NCBI GenBank assembly: GCA_028534125.1
Contig: CM052816.1
Location: forward strand, 73,162,001 to 73,226,000
Source of the DNA: Lama glama
Lineage: Eukaryota
DNA: 64,000 nucleotides
Direction of reading: 5' to 3'
The notes beneath the pieces are model-generated. The model was not told the DNA's origin. It was given only the letters and a program-made list of their open reading frames with translations, and searched no databases. Position 1 is the stretch's first letter, and the number at the start of each line of letters is the position of its first letter. Position numbers and translations under genes: made by a program. Positions 12,005-24,523 of the stretch are shown piece by piece.

Positions 12005-14019
12005 TTATCAGAAAAACACTGATGAATTCCAAGGGAAAATACACTGTAGAGTGTGTGTGTGTATTGGGGTGTGGGTCGGGGTGGGGGGACAGAAAGAAAA
12101 TGGGAGAGAAAACTAGATATCCAGGCAGATTTAAACTATATGAAAAATATGTGTGGAAAAATTAAAGACTGCAAGGAAATATTTCAATAACCCTTAAAAA
12201 TGTTTTAGCAATGTCTGGAGTATTCAGCTAAATTCTGTATGGTGAGGCTTGCTTTGATGGTTAAGAGCTTTGCAATCTAGGAATCTCCATTTTGAACATA
12301 AATAAACATTCTTCCTTTTGTGTGTAGAAACTGAAGGAGACTGAGCTTGTGGATTTCTGACTACAAGATGACTTCCAGGAGTTCTTTTACTACCCCCTCC
12401 AACACGCACTTTGTGTACATATACTCATTTTCAGATGATTTACTTCTTACCCCCAGAAAGGAATACAGAAAATAAAATCAGTTCTTGAAATAGCTTTTTT
12501 TAATTCATGTGATAATACTATGGAGCTAGACCTAAACATCTTACTAACTGGCATCTACTAGGCATTCCACAAGGGGAATTCTGTGTCCATCAGGACACCT
12601 CTGATGCTTGAGAATGGGAAACTGGATATGGAATAAGGAAAAGTTAGGCGGTAAAGAGTGACGCTGACTCCACTGGTATGGTTGTCTTTGTAATAAAATT
12701 GAATCTGTCCAACTAAGGATTGTCCCACATTGTCTCAGAGGTTTATGAGTTCTGAGAATTTAAAATTTTTACTTCTTCGTTTAAAAGTAAGCATTAAAAC
12801 TAATTTTGACAGGATTAAAGGCAAACCACTCTTTTTCAGTAATAATTCAGTAATAATTTTAAAAGGATAAGCCTTTAGTTTCTTAGGTCAGTGTTTCTCA
12901 AACTGGTAAACCTTGGAATTTTCAGGGAGTAATAAGAAAAAGTCTAAGTAGTCATATGACACCTGTGAGTTCCAATTTTCCTGGTGTTAAGAATCGTCTG
13001 TGGAATAAAATATATGACTTTTCCTCCCCTAGAGGGTCAACAATCTCAGTATAGACGATGGGAGGTAAAATGACAGGACTACCAGAGGTAATTTTTATCA
13101 CCAGGCAAGTTTGGCAAATTCTGCATTAAAGGAAACTGGCACCCAAATCTAAAGCTCAGAGGAGTTGATGTTTTCCCAAAGGTCAGAGGCAAGAAGAGAA
13201 AAATGTTTGGCTCCAAAATCTCTGATATTTTACTACACCAAACAGAACCCCAGTACCATCCACCTCCAAACTTCATCCAGTGCCATAGCCAACTAACCCA
13301 ATTTAGTTAAGTATACCATGCAGCATGGTACTGGTTATTTACAATATTGTGAAATCAGCAATCTTGACTGTGGAATTACAATGTGTAATCTTACCCCATT
13401 GTCGTGACTTTTCTTCGTCTTGCTTAAATAAAACTGTCTTGCTTCTGCATATGAGTGAAAGATGCAGTTAATAAACTGAACTATTTGAAATTTAGGATAC
13501 TTTTGGAAATTTATGCAGACAATAGAAAGCATATTTGAATTTGATAGTGCTTTAAAAAAAAATGGAGGACTTCTTGCTCTAATGTGAAAGCAGGCCCTTT
13601 AGCATGAAGCAAAACAAAGGAAGAGTGTCCTCTTTCTTGATGCTAATTCACTCTGGAGTCATGCGTCTGAGTCTCAGCTGAAGGCTTTTAAAAGACTGGG
13701 AAAAATGTCATGAAATGGATCCATTTAAAATATCACGGGGATTTGCTGGCTTATTCGTTGTTGGCACTCACATGTTCCCAACCAACAGTCTGAAGGCCAA
13801 TGGAGCTCACTAAGCCCCAGTGACTACTTTTAAATAGACTGTGGATTTCAGTACCCAATGGAAATGCAAAGGCAATAGCGTAAAAAGACTGGAAAGCAGC
13901 TCTTCCCACGTCTGTGATCCAGCCAAGTCAAAGAATAAAGAAGTTCTTCACCTGTTTCTTTATACTCACTCAGGTAGGGAAGGAAAGCGTATTGACCACT
14001 TCTGTCTTCTGGCCCTTTC

Positions 14020-14325
14020 TTAGCTGGATAACCTTATCTCATTGCAATTTCCCTTTAGCCCACCCTGTCCCCTTTTTCTCAAGACTGAATCCTACTCACC
14101 CTTAAGATTCTAAGACCCTATCATAGAGAGGTCTTCTCTGATAACTCTATATATAATAGCCACTTTGGTTTACTTTCCATGGTATCACACTATTTTTTTT
14201 TTTTTGCATAGAACACAGCTTTGGCTGTCTTGTTTACATTTGTATACCCAGTACATGTACCAGTCCCTGGATGACAGAGGTGCTAGATAGAAAGTGAAGG
14301 AATGAATAAGAGAATGAATTAGTAA
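14020..14325 (+). mobile_element. L2 3' end
   Basis: TGTCTTGTTTAC..TTGTATACCCAGT...CAGTCCCTGG...GAATGAATAAGAGAATGAAT. Confidence 0.7.
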
Positions 14326-14419
14326 ATATCCTATATTTAGTATTCATCTAAACATTAGAGATGCTAAGTTGAAACAGATGCAGTAAACACATAGAACTTA
14401 CTGAACCAGAAGAATGTTA

Positions 14420-15830
14420 GGCAAATTTAAAATCCAAGGTTTGTGTTTTAGAAAGGTCACTGTGGCTGGGTAAAAGATGAAAATAGATTAGAAAAGAACT
14501 GGACTGGAAGTAGGCTGAATACTTTGGAAGCTATCACAGTAAAGTAAACCAAAAATTGTGAGGCTCTGAAGTAAGGTGGTGATATAGGGAGAGATAAAGA
14601 AACTGACCCCAAAGATGTTAAGAAGGGTGACTTACTGTCTGCAAGAGATGAGGAAGATGTTGGAGATTTGATCTGAGATTAGTCTCAGGTAGCTACATAA
14701 ATAAAGGTGACATTCACTAAAATAAGCATATAGTGAAAGGGCCATGTTGCTGTGAAAATGAATAAGAAGGAGAGAAAATATGTGTTAAGATTCTAACATA
14801 CTGAGTTTGAACTGTCCAGTATGTGTGTTTTTCCCACACCACCAAGCAATTAACTCAGTTCTTCATGGACACTGACAGGGTGTCTCACAGATTTAACTCA
14901 ATTCTGATACTGTCTATCTGGAGTTAACCATCAAATCCCACAGGGTAAGGGCTCAGTCCTACAAGACCACCTCCCCTACCCCAATTCAGCACTAATCCCA
15001 AATCACGTTGTGGCCTGTGATTCTAATTCACAGGCTTTAGATCAGAGGTTCCAACAACCCCCTCCTGGGTTTTCATTAATTTACTAGAATAGCTCACAGA
15101 ATTCAGAGAAACAGTTACTTACTAGATCACCAGTTTATTACAAAGGGTATTATAAGGGATACAGATGAAAGGCCAGATGGAAGAGATGCATAGGGTATGG
15201 TGTGGGGAAAAGGGTGCAGAGCTTCCATGCTCTCTTGAGTGTACCACTAAAAGAACTCTCCAAAGTTGGTCCTTTTGGGTTTTGATTGAAGCTTCATTTC
15301 TTAGGCATGATTAATTCATTGGTCGTTGGTGACTGAGTTCAATCTCCAAACTCTCTCCCCTCCCCAGAGGCTGGGGAGGGGCAGGGGCTGGGAAGGACTG
15401 GAAGTTCCAACCCTCTAATCGTGTGATTGGTTCCACTGGCAACCAGCCCCCACCCTTAGGTTACCTAGGGGCTTACCAAAAATCACCTCATTGACATAAT
15501 AAAAGACACCCACTGCTCTCATCACTTAGGAAATCCCAAGGCTTTAGGAGTTTGGTGCCAGGAATGGGGACAAAGACTAAATATATATTTCTTTTTATAA
15601 ACCACACTGTCACAGCTGTCTGTTGGATCTAGAAGTTGAGATGCTCAGGGGGCATTTAGATACATGTATCTGAGAGCTCAGGACAGAGAGACAGGTTATA
15701 GTTTAAGTGGGGAGTCTTTGGTACATACAGAAAGAGTACTCAAAAATATAGGAAGGAAAAAATAAGCTTAAGAGCTTTAACAGAAATAAAAGACACGAAG
15801 GTCAAGGACAAAACTGGAACTTTTACATGC
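14420..15830 (-). mobile_element. L2 fragment split by MER21
   Basis: TTTAGAAAGGTCACTGTGGCTG...ACATACTGAGTTTGA, then MER21, then ..TGAGATGCTCAGGGGGCATTTAGATA..TCTGAGAGCTCAGGA. Confidence 0.7.
14813..15614 (-). mobile_element. MER21-family solo LTR inserted in an L2
   Basis: TG...CA ends. The minus strand starts TGTGACAGTGTGGTTTATAAAAAGAAATATATATTTAGTCTTTGTCCCC...TGGCACCAAACTCCTAAAGCCTTGGGATTTCCTAAGTGAT, as in MER21. L2 sequence continues on both sides. Confidence 0.88.
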
Positions 15831-17257
15831 GAATCAGCACTCACAGAAACACATGCAGCCTCATACATCAGGGGGTGGCTGGCTTAGCATCCATGAAGGG
15901 AATAAAAATTTTCACTGCACCTGGCTGAAGCGGTTGCCCATAACAGCATAATTATAAAGTAGAACTATCCCCTTGCGAAAGCCATGTGCTGAATGGGAGA
16001 GTTGGAATAAAGCCAAAAACCGTCATCTTCTGAATACAGTGGGTACCAATACATCATAGCCTTTGGTAACTGTTACCCTTTAAGGAAAAAAAAAAAAAAA
16101 ACCAAACTGTAAAATTCTTTCCTTAGAAAAGTCAGAAATGTCAATACACTTTGGTGAGCTAAAAAAAAAAAGAAAAAGATGATACAAGTTTTAATTCAGT
16201 CTGCTAATATGCATCTGATCTTCCTCTTCCCAAGGGACTCTTCTCATTCTGTAAGTATGGACACTTGAGCTAGGAAACTTATAAGGGTAGCATGTTTACT
16301 GAGTATGTGCAAATTTAAAACTCCCATAATTAAAGCTCATAGTTTTTGATACCCACTGATGGCTTTTCCTCTCACCCCACGATGCTGTTCTATTCTAAAT
16401 CATCACACGAGGGACGTGGATATTCATAATGATGGACTGAAGTGAAATCTGGAATTATTTCTTCAATGGGGAATTGTGAATGAGAACAAAAATTGAAATT
16501 TCTAATAAAAAATTTAAAAGCAGCAGGCTTTTGTACTGTTTGTAAAACTATACATTAAATGACGTTTTAATTCAGTGAATATACTTTACCATAGACTTTT
16601 GAAGCTCTATACAGCGTGGCTTTGCATACTCACCCTTCTTTCTTTCATCTCTTTTATAATCAAATAACCAAGTCAGTGAACAAACACCTAACTAGCCCTG
16701 TGTAAGCTAGTGGGATGCTAACGATGAACTAGACCAGACGTCTAGGGCTCCAGAAGGGCGCCTGCTTCCACACAGGTCACTGTCAAGTTTATACAGAACA
16801 GGTCCCACTGGATTTCTGAGCTACTTCAGTGTGTTCAGCTTTACTTTGGCAGATCCCTGACTAGTACTCTCACCGGGTCCACCTCCAACACCAGAGCCCT
16901 GTCCTAATCCAGGACACTAGACCGCCTGCCCCACCACCCCTAAAAGCAGGCAAAGCCACAAACCTGGCCTGCTGTGGTTCCAGAACTAGTTCTGTTCTAG
17001 CTCCTTCTTCGACATCTGAGTTTTTCTTCATTAATTCTGGCTCCAGAAAGGAAAAAGTCTTTTGAGAGGACGTAGCAGTCGAGCTGGGACTTGAAAGAAA
17101 GAAGAAAAAAAAAGTCTACGGATTCATTTCTAGCTGGGAAAAGAGCATGAGGAAAGGTAAGGACGTCTGCCCTGATGAGGCAGAGCAGAATTACATGGAT
17201 AGTTTTTAAATACTACTGATTTCCAGGGCTCCAAAAGGAACGGAATACAACACAAGC

Positions 17258-17916
17258 ATTACAGATAGAGCGACAGCATGGCTTTTGGTAGACTTTATTT
17301 CCATGGGAGACAACAATGGCTCCTTTTTTGGCCAGAATTGGCCAGAAAGGAGGGGCACAAGCCAAATGCAGGAAAACATACATCATGTAAGCACCAGGGG
17401 TCCCTGGGCAGAGAAGGAAAAGCAGGAACCTTTGGGCTGATAAGGGGCCACACCTTTTAGCCTGGAGACTAACAAAGAAAGGTGAGAAAAGTCAGCAATT
17501 TCCAGCGTCCGAATGTAACCTTTTGCTCATTATGCCCTCATTTCATTAAAATTAGCCTTGCAGATCAGAAGTACCCATCATGCACCGACGCCATGACACT
17601 TCCGATCCAGAATAAATAAGGACAAAAATCCCTCCTCCCTTTGGCAAGGTGGAGTTGGGATTATAATCAGGGAATACAACCCCAAGCTCTTCCCTCCCCA
17701 GTGAATATTCCGCCCATTCATTTTCACACCCTATGTAACTAACTTGCCAAAAAAACTCAGGGCAGCCGCTCACCTGAGCCTGCCCGCTCTTTGAGAGTGT
17801 ACTATCCATCTTTTAATAAATCCTCACTTTACTTTTTTTAACCTCTACGCCTTGTCTCTGAATTCTTTCTGGGATGGGACAAGAACCTGGAACACTGGTT
17901 GCATCCACCAGCAACA
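17258..17916 (+). mobile_element. ERV1 solo LTR (MER41-like U5)
   Basis: AATAAA at 17815 followed by ...CTGAATTCTTTCT...CAAGAACC...CAACA, a typical MER41/MER4-group U5 ending in CA. The 5' boundary is uncertain. Confidence 0.7.
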
Positions 17917-19729
17917 TAAGCATGTACTGCATTTAAGAATCACTACATCATTTAACCCACACAGACTCCCTGAAGTGTTTGTTATAATTAGCACCATTTT
18001 ATAGAGGAGGAAACCTGAGTGCAGCTTGGAGAGGAGGAACTTGAATGCAGCTCTTTCTTACCCCAGAGCACTTACTTTTACATTGAATTACTTGGACAAG
18101 TCATGACACCTTCTGGCTCCTTGGGAATCGAAGCCCTATTTCTCACATTGCTTCCATGAGAAAATAGGTTGTAACTTCTAAAAAATTAACATTCAAATGA
18201 ACTTCTAGAACACAATCTATTTTTAACTCGATGGAATTGTCTATGTAGTTTAAAATGGCCTATCTCCTCATGCAAGATGATGTTTCCTACAGAAATAGCA
18301 AAATTACTAGACATGTGAAGCCTTAAGGGAGAAAGTGTGTCCTCATATAACACATTTCCTAATTCTAACCTGTCTCAAAAATGTACCTGAGCATCGTTTA
18401 CTTACATTTTTCTTCTTTTCCACTAATTCATATTTACCCAAGACATAATCTTGAGACAACAATGTTTACAAGATATACAAAAATAGGACAGTAAAAGATA
18501 GTTACACTGCATGCACTTACCATTCACACCCAAGTTTGGATTCTGAATTACTAATAACCTTCTACTTTTAAAGCCTTTGCCATTTAAACCTTTGTTTTAC
18601 AAACTTTTCTTCACTCGTTATTGCATGAATGAAACAGCCACTTCCATCTAAAAATCACACACAAAATCACATGTCTAGTGCTTTCATGAATCAGTCAGAA
18701 TTTATCCATCCAACAAGTACAGAGATCCACCTTTGTGTTACACTGAGTCAACTGCTGGGGTCCAGCACTGGAGGCAGGAGGCAGGATGGATGTAATCCAT
18801 ACATGTTCCCATAGATTCACATGCTCTCTGGAAGTTAAGGTAGACAATTGTCTCTTAAGGAACAGACCTTCCTTGGACACAGATATACTGCATAAAATGT
18901 GAGAACTTCATGTTTCTCCGGTTTTCTTGGGTACTCTACAGTCATTGATTTAAATCCATACCCCCAAACAGTCAATGTTGGTATGTAGATTTAAACTTTG
19001 GTAATGAGAATTAAAAATTGTGAACATCAGTCACTTCAAGAAAAAGAATAACATTGCCAAGGATGTTGTCAAAAGAATTAGTCAAGAGTAAATATACAAC
19101 TTTCAAAGGGAAAAATACACAAATCTAATACTGTCCCTCAAATTATTGTCAGTATAACAGTTCATTTTCAATTATCTACCATTCATCAAAGAGCTTTACT
19201 GAAATTCTAATTGCAGGGTTTTTGTTTGTTTGTTTGTTTGTTTTAATATATACTGGCTATTTCTCTAGCACTTAAATAAGTACCAAATTTTGAGATCTGT
19301 ATATTAATAAAATCAAAGGGATTCTGATTCTTTCATTCAAAGTACTCATAATTTTGTGAAATTTTCTACCAGATCGAGTCCTTTTTGCAGCCATGAAGAG
19401 AAAAGAGTAACTGACTTCCATGCCATTAAATAATAAATGTTTAACATTTACTTCCAGAATATTTCAAATTGCATTTATTGATACTTGACAGAGCTTTTAT
19501 TATTGATAACTTACATGGAGATATATTAAATTTGGAGCTCTCAGTGGTTTCAATATTAACGTGAAATCTCTGCATTGCTGATTTATTGCAGAAGGACTTC
19601 CCTCAACTCACTCAAAGGACCTAAGCTTTCGCTCCATCTGGAAATCCTGTTGAGAAACATGGCGGAGCTGTACTCACTGCACACGAAGGGAAAGAATAGC
19701 AAGTCACAGGCGTGCAGACTGAGAAGCAC

Positions 19730-19900
19730 TATGGGTATGAATTGGGAGAGCAGGACAAGACCACCTAGGGACAAATATTGCCATTACATTTACTAGCTCC
19801 GGGACCAGGGGTGTCATCTTTTAAGTAACTGTGATAAGATAAAAAGACACAACTCACGTGAGGCACTCAGGCTAGTGTCTGGCAAAAACAAGTGCCCAAT
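19730..19900 (+). mobile_element. MIR SINE fragment
   Basis: TACATTTACTAGCT..GGGACC.GGG...CACGTGAGGCACTCAG...AGTGTCTGGCA....AAGTGCCCAATA. Confidence 0.65.
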
Positions 19901-21009
19901 ATAAACAGACAACCTATCACAAAATAAGCTGACAGTGTGGGGAACCTGATGTGGATTCTCTCATTTAATCTTCACGACAACATCAAAAAGTAGGTCCTCT
20001 TATTACCCTGATCTTATATGTAGCTGATATTTTGTTACAGACAGAGAGAAAGAAGGGGTGGGAGGAGGAAGGAAGGAAGGAAGAAAGATTAAGCTTCTTA
20101 AAATGAAAAGATTAGATAACAGACAACTTGGTTTTGGCCTGTGTTTCACAATTCTGGATGTTATAAAAATATATAACTAATTAGCTGAATATTTATAAAC
20201 AACTACATCTAATACAAACATTTATTAGTTACCCAGTGCCTAATTATGAAGCCTATTTATTACCTGGGGATTTTATGGTTTCTTCTCTCGAGCCATTTCA
20301 TGGCACATAGAGAGTTGCTGTCAGGAAAACAAAGCTAAGTCAGACTGTAAATCAACAGGACACACTGGGTGAGTGCCTCTTACATGCATAGCACTGCCGA
20401 TGTCCCTGTTTGGCGGAGAGGAGAGAAGTGAACCAAGGAATAAGATTATTAAGGTGTGGAAGAGATTGAACCAACAAAGCCTGGTGGGGGAAATTAAAGA
20501 CATGTGTCCCATCATTATGAATAATGAAGACTTAACAATAGTTAAAGCTTCAAAGTAAAAAAAAAATCCATTTAAATAATCATTCACAGATTAAATACAT
20601 CTGTTCTGTCAACATTTCCTTGGGCAATTTTCTTCCCTAGCACTCCTCTGACCTCCTTAAAATTTGTCTGCATCTTTTGTTTCTCAAAATTGCTCCTCAG
20701 GCAAATTTCCTGTGCTACAACTCCAAAGACAAATAGAGGTGAAGAATGTTTCCTAGTAAAGTAATAATTTCCCCAGCATTATGAGTTAATCTCTGCTCAC
20801 AGCGGCTGTACTTCACATTGCCCATTGCTTTGTCTCATACAGGCTTTTGATTGATTTATCAATACAGACGTAGAAAAGAATTTGTATATTTATATAGTGC
20901 ACACATCATTCTTCTGTTGTTCTGATGGACCTCACTTTGTGTCCTCCTCATAAAGCTGACTTTTTTGTTTTTATCAAAATGTATCTGGGAATTCATTGTT
21001 TTAGAAAAA

Positions 21010-21190
21010 GCAGTAGCCTTAGAACTGAAGACATCTGTGTTTGCATCCTAGGTTTCCCCTCACTAACCATGTGTCCTTAAGCAAATCATTTAACCATCTT
21101 CAATTCAGTTTCTTCTTAAATTGCAGTAATCATCCTTACCATAATTATCCCATAAAATGTCTGGAAAGCTGAGGTATAATATATGTGATT
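21010..21190 (+). mobile_element. MIR SINE
   Basis: GAAGACATCTGTGTTTGCATCC...CACTAACCATGTGTCCTTAAGCAAATCATTTAACC...TCAGTTTCTTC core. Confidence 0.75.
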
Positions 21191-21509
21191 TAAGAACAAC
21201 AACTATGGTATTACTAGAGGATCTCTGGTCCTGACGTAGTTTATTTTGTCTCTGAATTTTGTCCTAGAAATAAAAGATCTTTTCAATTAAGCAAATGAAA
21301 CAAGTTGATGGTCATGCTGTTGACAGAAGTTTCAGATGTTTGAGCACTTATCCCACTAAAGGCTGTGCCAATGACCCTAAGTGGGAGAGAAGTCTCCAGT
21401 AGAGTAAGTATCATAATACTCTTATTTATTTATTCCTTCTTCTCTTGATTGAGCTGAACCATAATCTTAAAGGCATACTTATCTGCAAACAGCAAAACGC
21501 TTGTAAAGG

Positions 21510-22000
21510 CACAGAGTGCCCACCAGCCCCAGCTTGCTTCACCAGTGTTTGCACACAACACGCCCAGGGACTCAGGCTACCCATGAACCCCCTCTCTGGT
21601 CCATGTCCACCCTCCAGGACCACTTCTCCACGGCACCCAGCTTCCAAAGCCATCTAACACCATTTTCTGTGATAAACTCTTTGTTGCATATCAACCATGA
21701 GCTGCCAGATCCACCAAAATTATTCCACCAAGATAGTGGCCATCATCCACTTGCAAATGCAGGCATCCTATACTTAACGTCTCTGGGTTTCCATTTCCAC
21801 CTCGGAGATGTGGCCCTGGAGGGTGTAAGCCACTACTGGGCAACCACCTGATCAACCTCCATGGCCTGCCGGCCCCAGAACACGCTGAGCAGAAGGCTCA
21901 ACCGCAAGCATGACAAGGAAACTTTCAAGCCTGGCGGCCTTCCTTACTCTGGAGCCTCCTCCCAGGGGTGAGCCAGGCGGAAACAATAAATTTTCTTTTT
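21510..22000 (+). pseudogene. FTL: Ferritin light chain processed pseudogene with 5'UTR/IRE, internal deletion and AATAAA
   Basis: IRE-like CTTGCTTCACCAGTGTTTGCA at 21533-21553. accATG at 21697 gives MSCQIHQNYST...QASYT* (TAA 21775), then after a frameshift SLGFHFHLGDVALEGVSHY, then a jump to GNHLINLH...RLNRKHD. AATAAA at 21985. The L|G exon 1/2 junction (21785/21786) has no intron. Confidence 0.93.
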
Positions 22001-23529
22001 ACATTTAAAAAATTATCCTTTTAGAGGTGATCCATTTAGTTATTCATTCATTTATTTTTATCTCTCAGTGGGAAGAATTTATTCCAAATTGAAAAATTGT
22101 GGAAGGCTTCCCACAATTAGCTGGGTTGAACTCTTCATTGCTTCCAGGATGAATTCCAACTCCTTAGAGTGGCATTTAGAGAATTTATCACTTTTCCCCC
22201 AAATACATTTATAACCTTTATTTTTTCATTACACCCTTTTCCAAACTCTTATGCCCCAACAATATAAAGCTACTGGACTTTCTACAAACACAACAAATAT
22301 TTCAATCTCTTTCCGATTTTATCATGCAATTTCTCTAACTAGGGATGTCCTTCCTTCCCTTTTCCATTTGCTGGCATCTTACTCTACATCCAAGATGTAA
22401 TTATCAAATACTTTCCTGATGGAGAATTCTCTCCTAGACTGCCCACCCTAACCCACCCTCCAGACTGACCCTGAGGAAGGTCAGCAGCTGTTTATCAAGC
22501 ACTTGATGGAAGAGATTTCATCAGGCCAAAAATTGAACTAGATCATTGGAAAAGTCATTTGTGATAACTCGATAAAATGTTTCCAAGCTTGAGAGGAGCA
22601 GACTGTCAGCCTAAGACTGACTTTTATGCTGATACAAAAGCACAACACAACTAGAGTCTAGTCTATTTTGAACTTAGTATATTTCCAAGGTGGATAGCCA
22701 CTTTTCAGTCCAGGACTGAAAGTGTTCATTTCAGAATTTCCCAAGACAAATTTTCCTAAAACATTATCTAGAATTCTCTTCTTTTGTTTATTTGGTTTTT
22801 TAAATATCCATTCCATGTTAGCAGCAAAATGTTTTTTCATAATTTTAAGTATCTAGGTCTAGGGAGTTTAACAATCATGGTTTCATTTTGTTTTGTGTAA
22901 ACTGGAAAGTGTTAAATTTGCTCCAAGAATCCCAATTCTGCAAGGAAGGCAGGATGGATTGTCATAATTTCTCACTGTGACAGAAGAGAAGTGTTAATCC
23001 ATGAGCGTCACAGCCTCCTTCACTCTCACTCTCTTGCTTGGCTTCCGAGCTATTTAGTCTATTGATCCTTGTGTTGGCCAGTGTGAAAACAAACAAACAT
23101 TAACGCAGGCCAAGTCTACTGGAAGAAGAGAATAGATTTGGAAAAGAAGGAGGAAAAGGGAAAGGAGGAAAACCTGAAGACCAACAGTGGTCTGAAGTTT
23201 TAGAGAGAGATTTTGAAGAGGGAGAGACAACAAAAGAAGAGGGAAAAGAACAAATAAACCAAAAGCTGGGGACGAGGTGAAGAGAAGGCTGAGGGCAGCA
23301 GATCTACTGTGATGATCAGCCGTGGGGGATGGTTGGGTAGAGCAGATTTTTAGACTATTTTGCAGTGCTTCATGTGACAACCTCTCTCAGCATTTTTCAG
23401 GAATACACACAAAAACAGTTTGATTTCCAGTTTTTAGACTGAGTATCTCATGCAGGCCATGGCCTGTGGGACACCATCCTGTTGAAATGGGCCACGTGGA
23501 AGTTCATCTTTACTCAGGTTACCTACTAT

Positions 23530-23710
23530 GATACTTACTGTTACAGTAACTGTCTCTTTAGTTGCTTGTCTTTCTCACTAGACTGTAATCTCTATGAGGA
23601 TAGGGATCCTGTCAATCATTTTTGTAACCCCATTGTCTAGGACAGTGTCTGGCAAGGACTAGGTGTTCAACAAATATTCATTGAATGAATTAATGAATAA
23701 ATGAATGAAC
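23530..23710 (+). mobile_element. L2 3' end
   Basis: CACTAGACTGTAA.CTC.ATGAGG..AGGGA...ACAGTGTCTGGCA...TAGGTGTTCAACAAATATTCATTGAATGAAT. Confidence 0.85.
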
Positions 23711-24212
23711 ATAATGCTAGAAGCCTTGTACCAACTTCAGTCACAGTAACAGGCAAGAAAAAAAAGTCTTAAAAGATAGACAATTTCTTCAAAGTTTGGG
23801 ACTAGTTATATAACAATATTTTTTCCCCAAAGATAGGAAGAGACACTGCCTACGTTTTTCTCCAGCAGTGATTTTCCCTTTTGCATGGGCAAATTACACA
23901 TCAGAGCACCCACACAGTGTCTTGCAAAAGAGAACAAATATGATCTACAAAGCATTCTGCTCATCGTAGGAAGGAAAAGACACGAAGTAGACAGTAGAGA
24001 TAATAAATGTGTTGATGTCTATAATTTACTGCACCTATGTGATAATCTACTACAGTTGTAAACTATATTTTCCCCAAAAGGTCAAAATATTCAAATCAGA
24101 TAGTTACATTCTTAAAATATTCTGACTGATTATGAGTGAAGCCAGTAGAAGACCCAATATATTTGTATCTCCAAAGTTTGTAAGTCAAATTTTGTTGCAT
24201 AGTATATTATAT

Positions 24213-24471
24213 ATTTTTTAATTGAATTACAATGTTGTGTTAGTTTCTGGTGTACAGTGAAGTCATTCAGTTTTTCATATATATCATATATATTCTTTTT
24301 CATATTCCTTTCCATTATGGTTTATTAGATGATATTGAATATAGTTCCCTGTGCAACACAGTAGGATCTTATTGTTGATTTTAAATATAGTGATTTGTTA
24401 CTGCTAATCCCAAACTTCTAATTTATCCCTCCCCTACCCCCTTTCCCCTTTGGTAACCATAAGTTTGTTTT
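24213..24471 (-). mobile_element. L1 3' end with 15-bp TSD
   Basis: Same 3'UTR family as 3974-4289. TSD CATAGTATATTATAT (24198-24212) and CATAGTAAATTATAT (24472-24486). Confidence 0.9.
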
Positions 24472-24523
24472 CATAGTAAATTATATTGTAATTGCTTTTG
24501 TTGAGGGTTCTAATTAAGAGATG

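Noticed and set aside
16981..16994. 14-bp palindrome CAGAACTAGTTCTG
   Set aside because: Palindromes with 7-bp arms are expected several times by chance in 64 kb.
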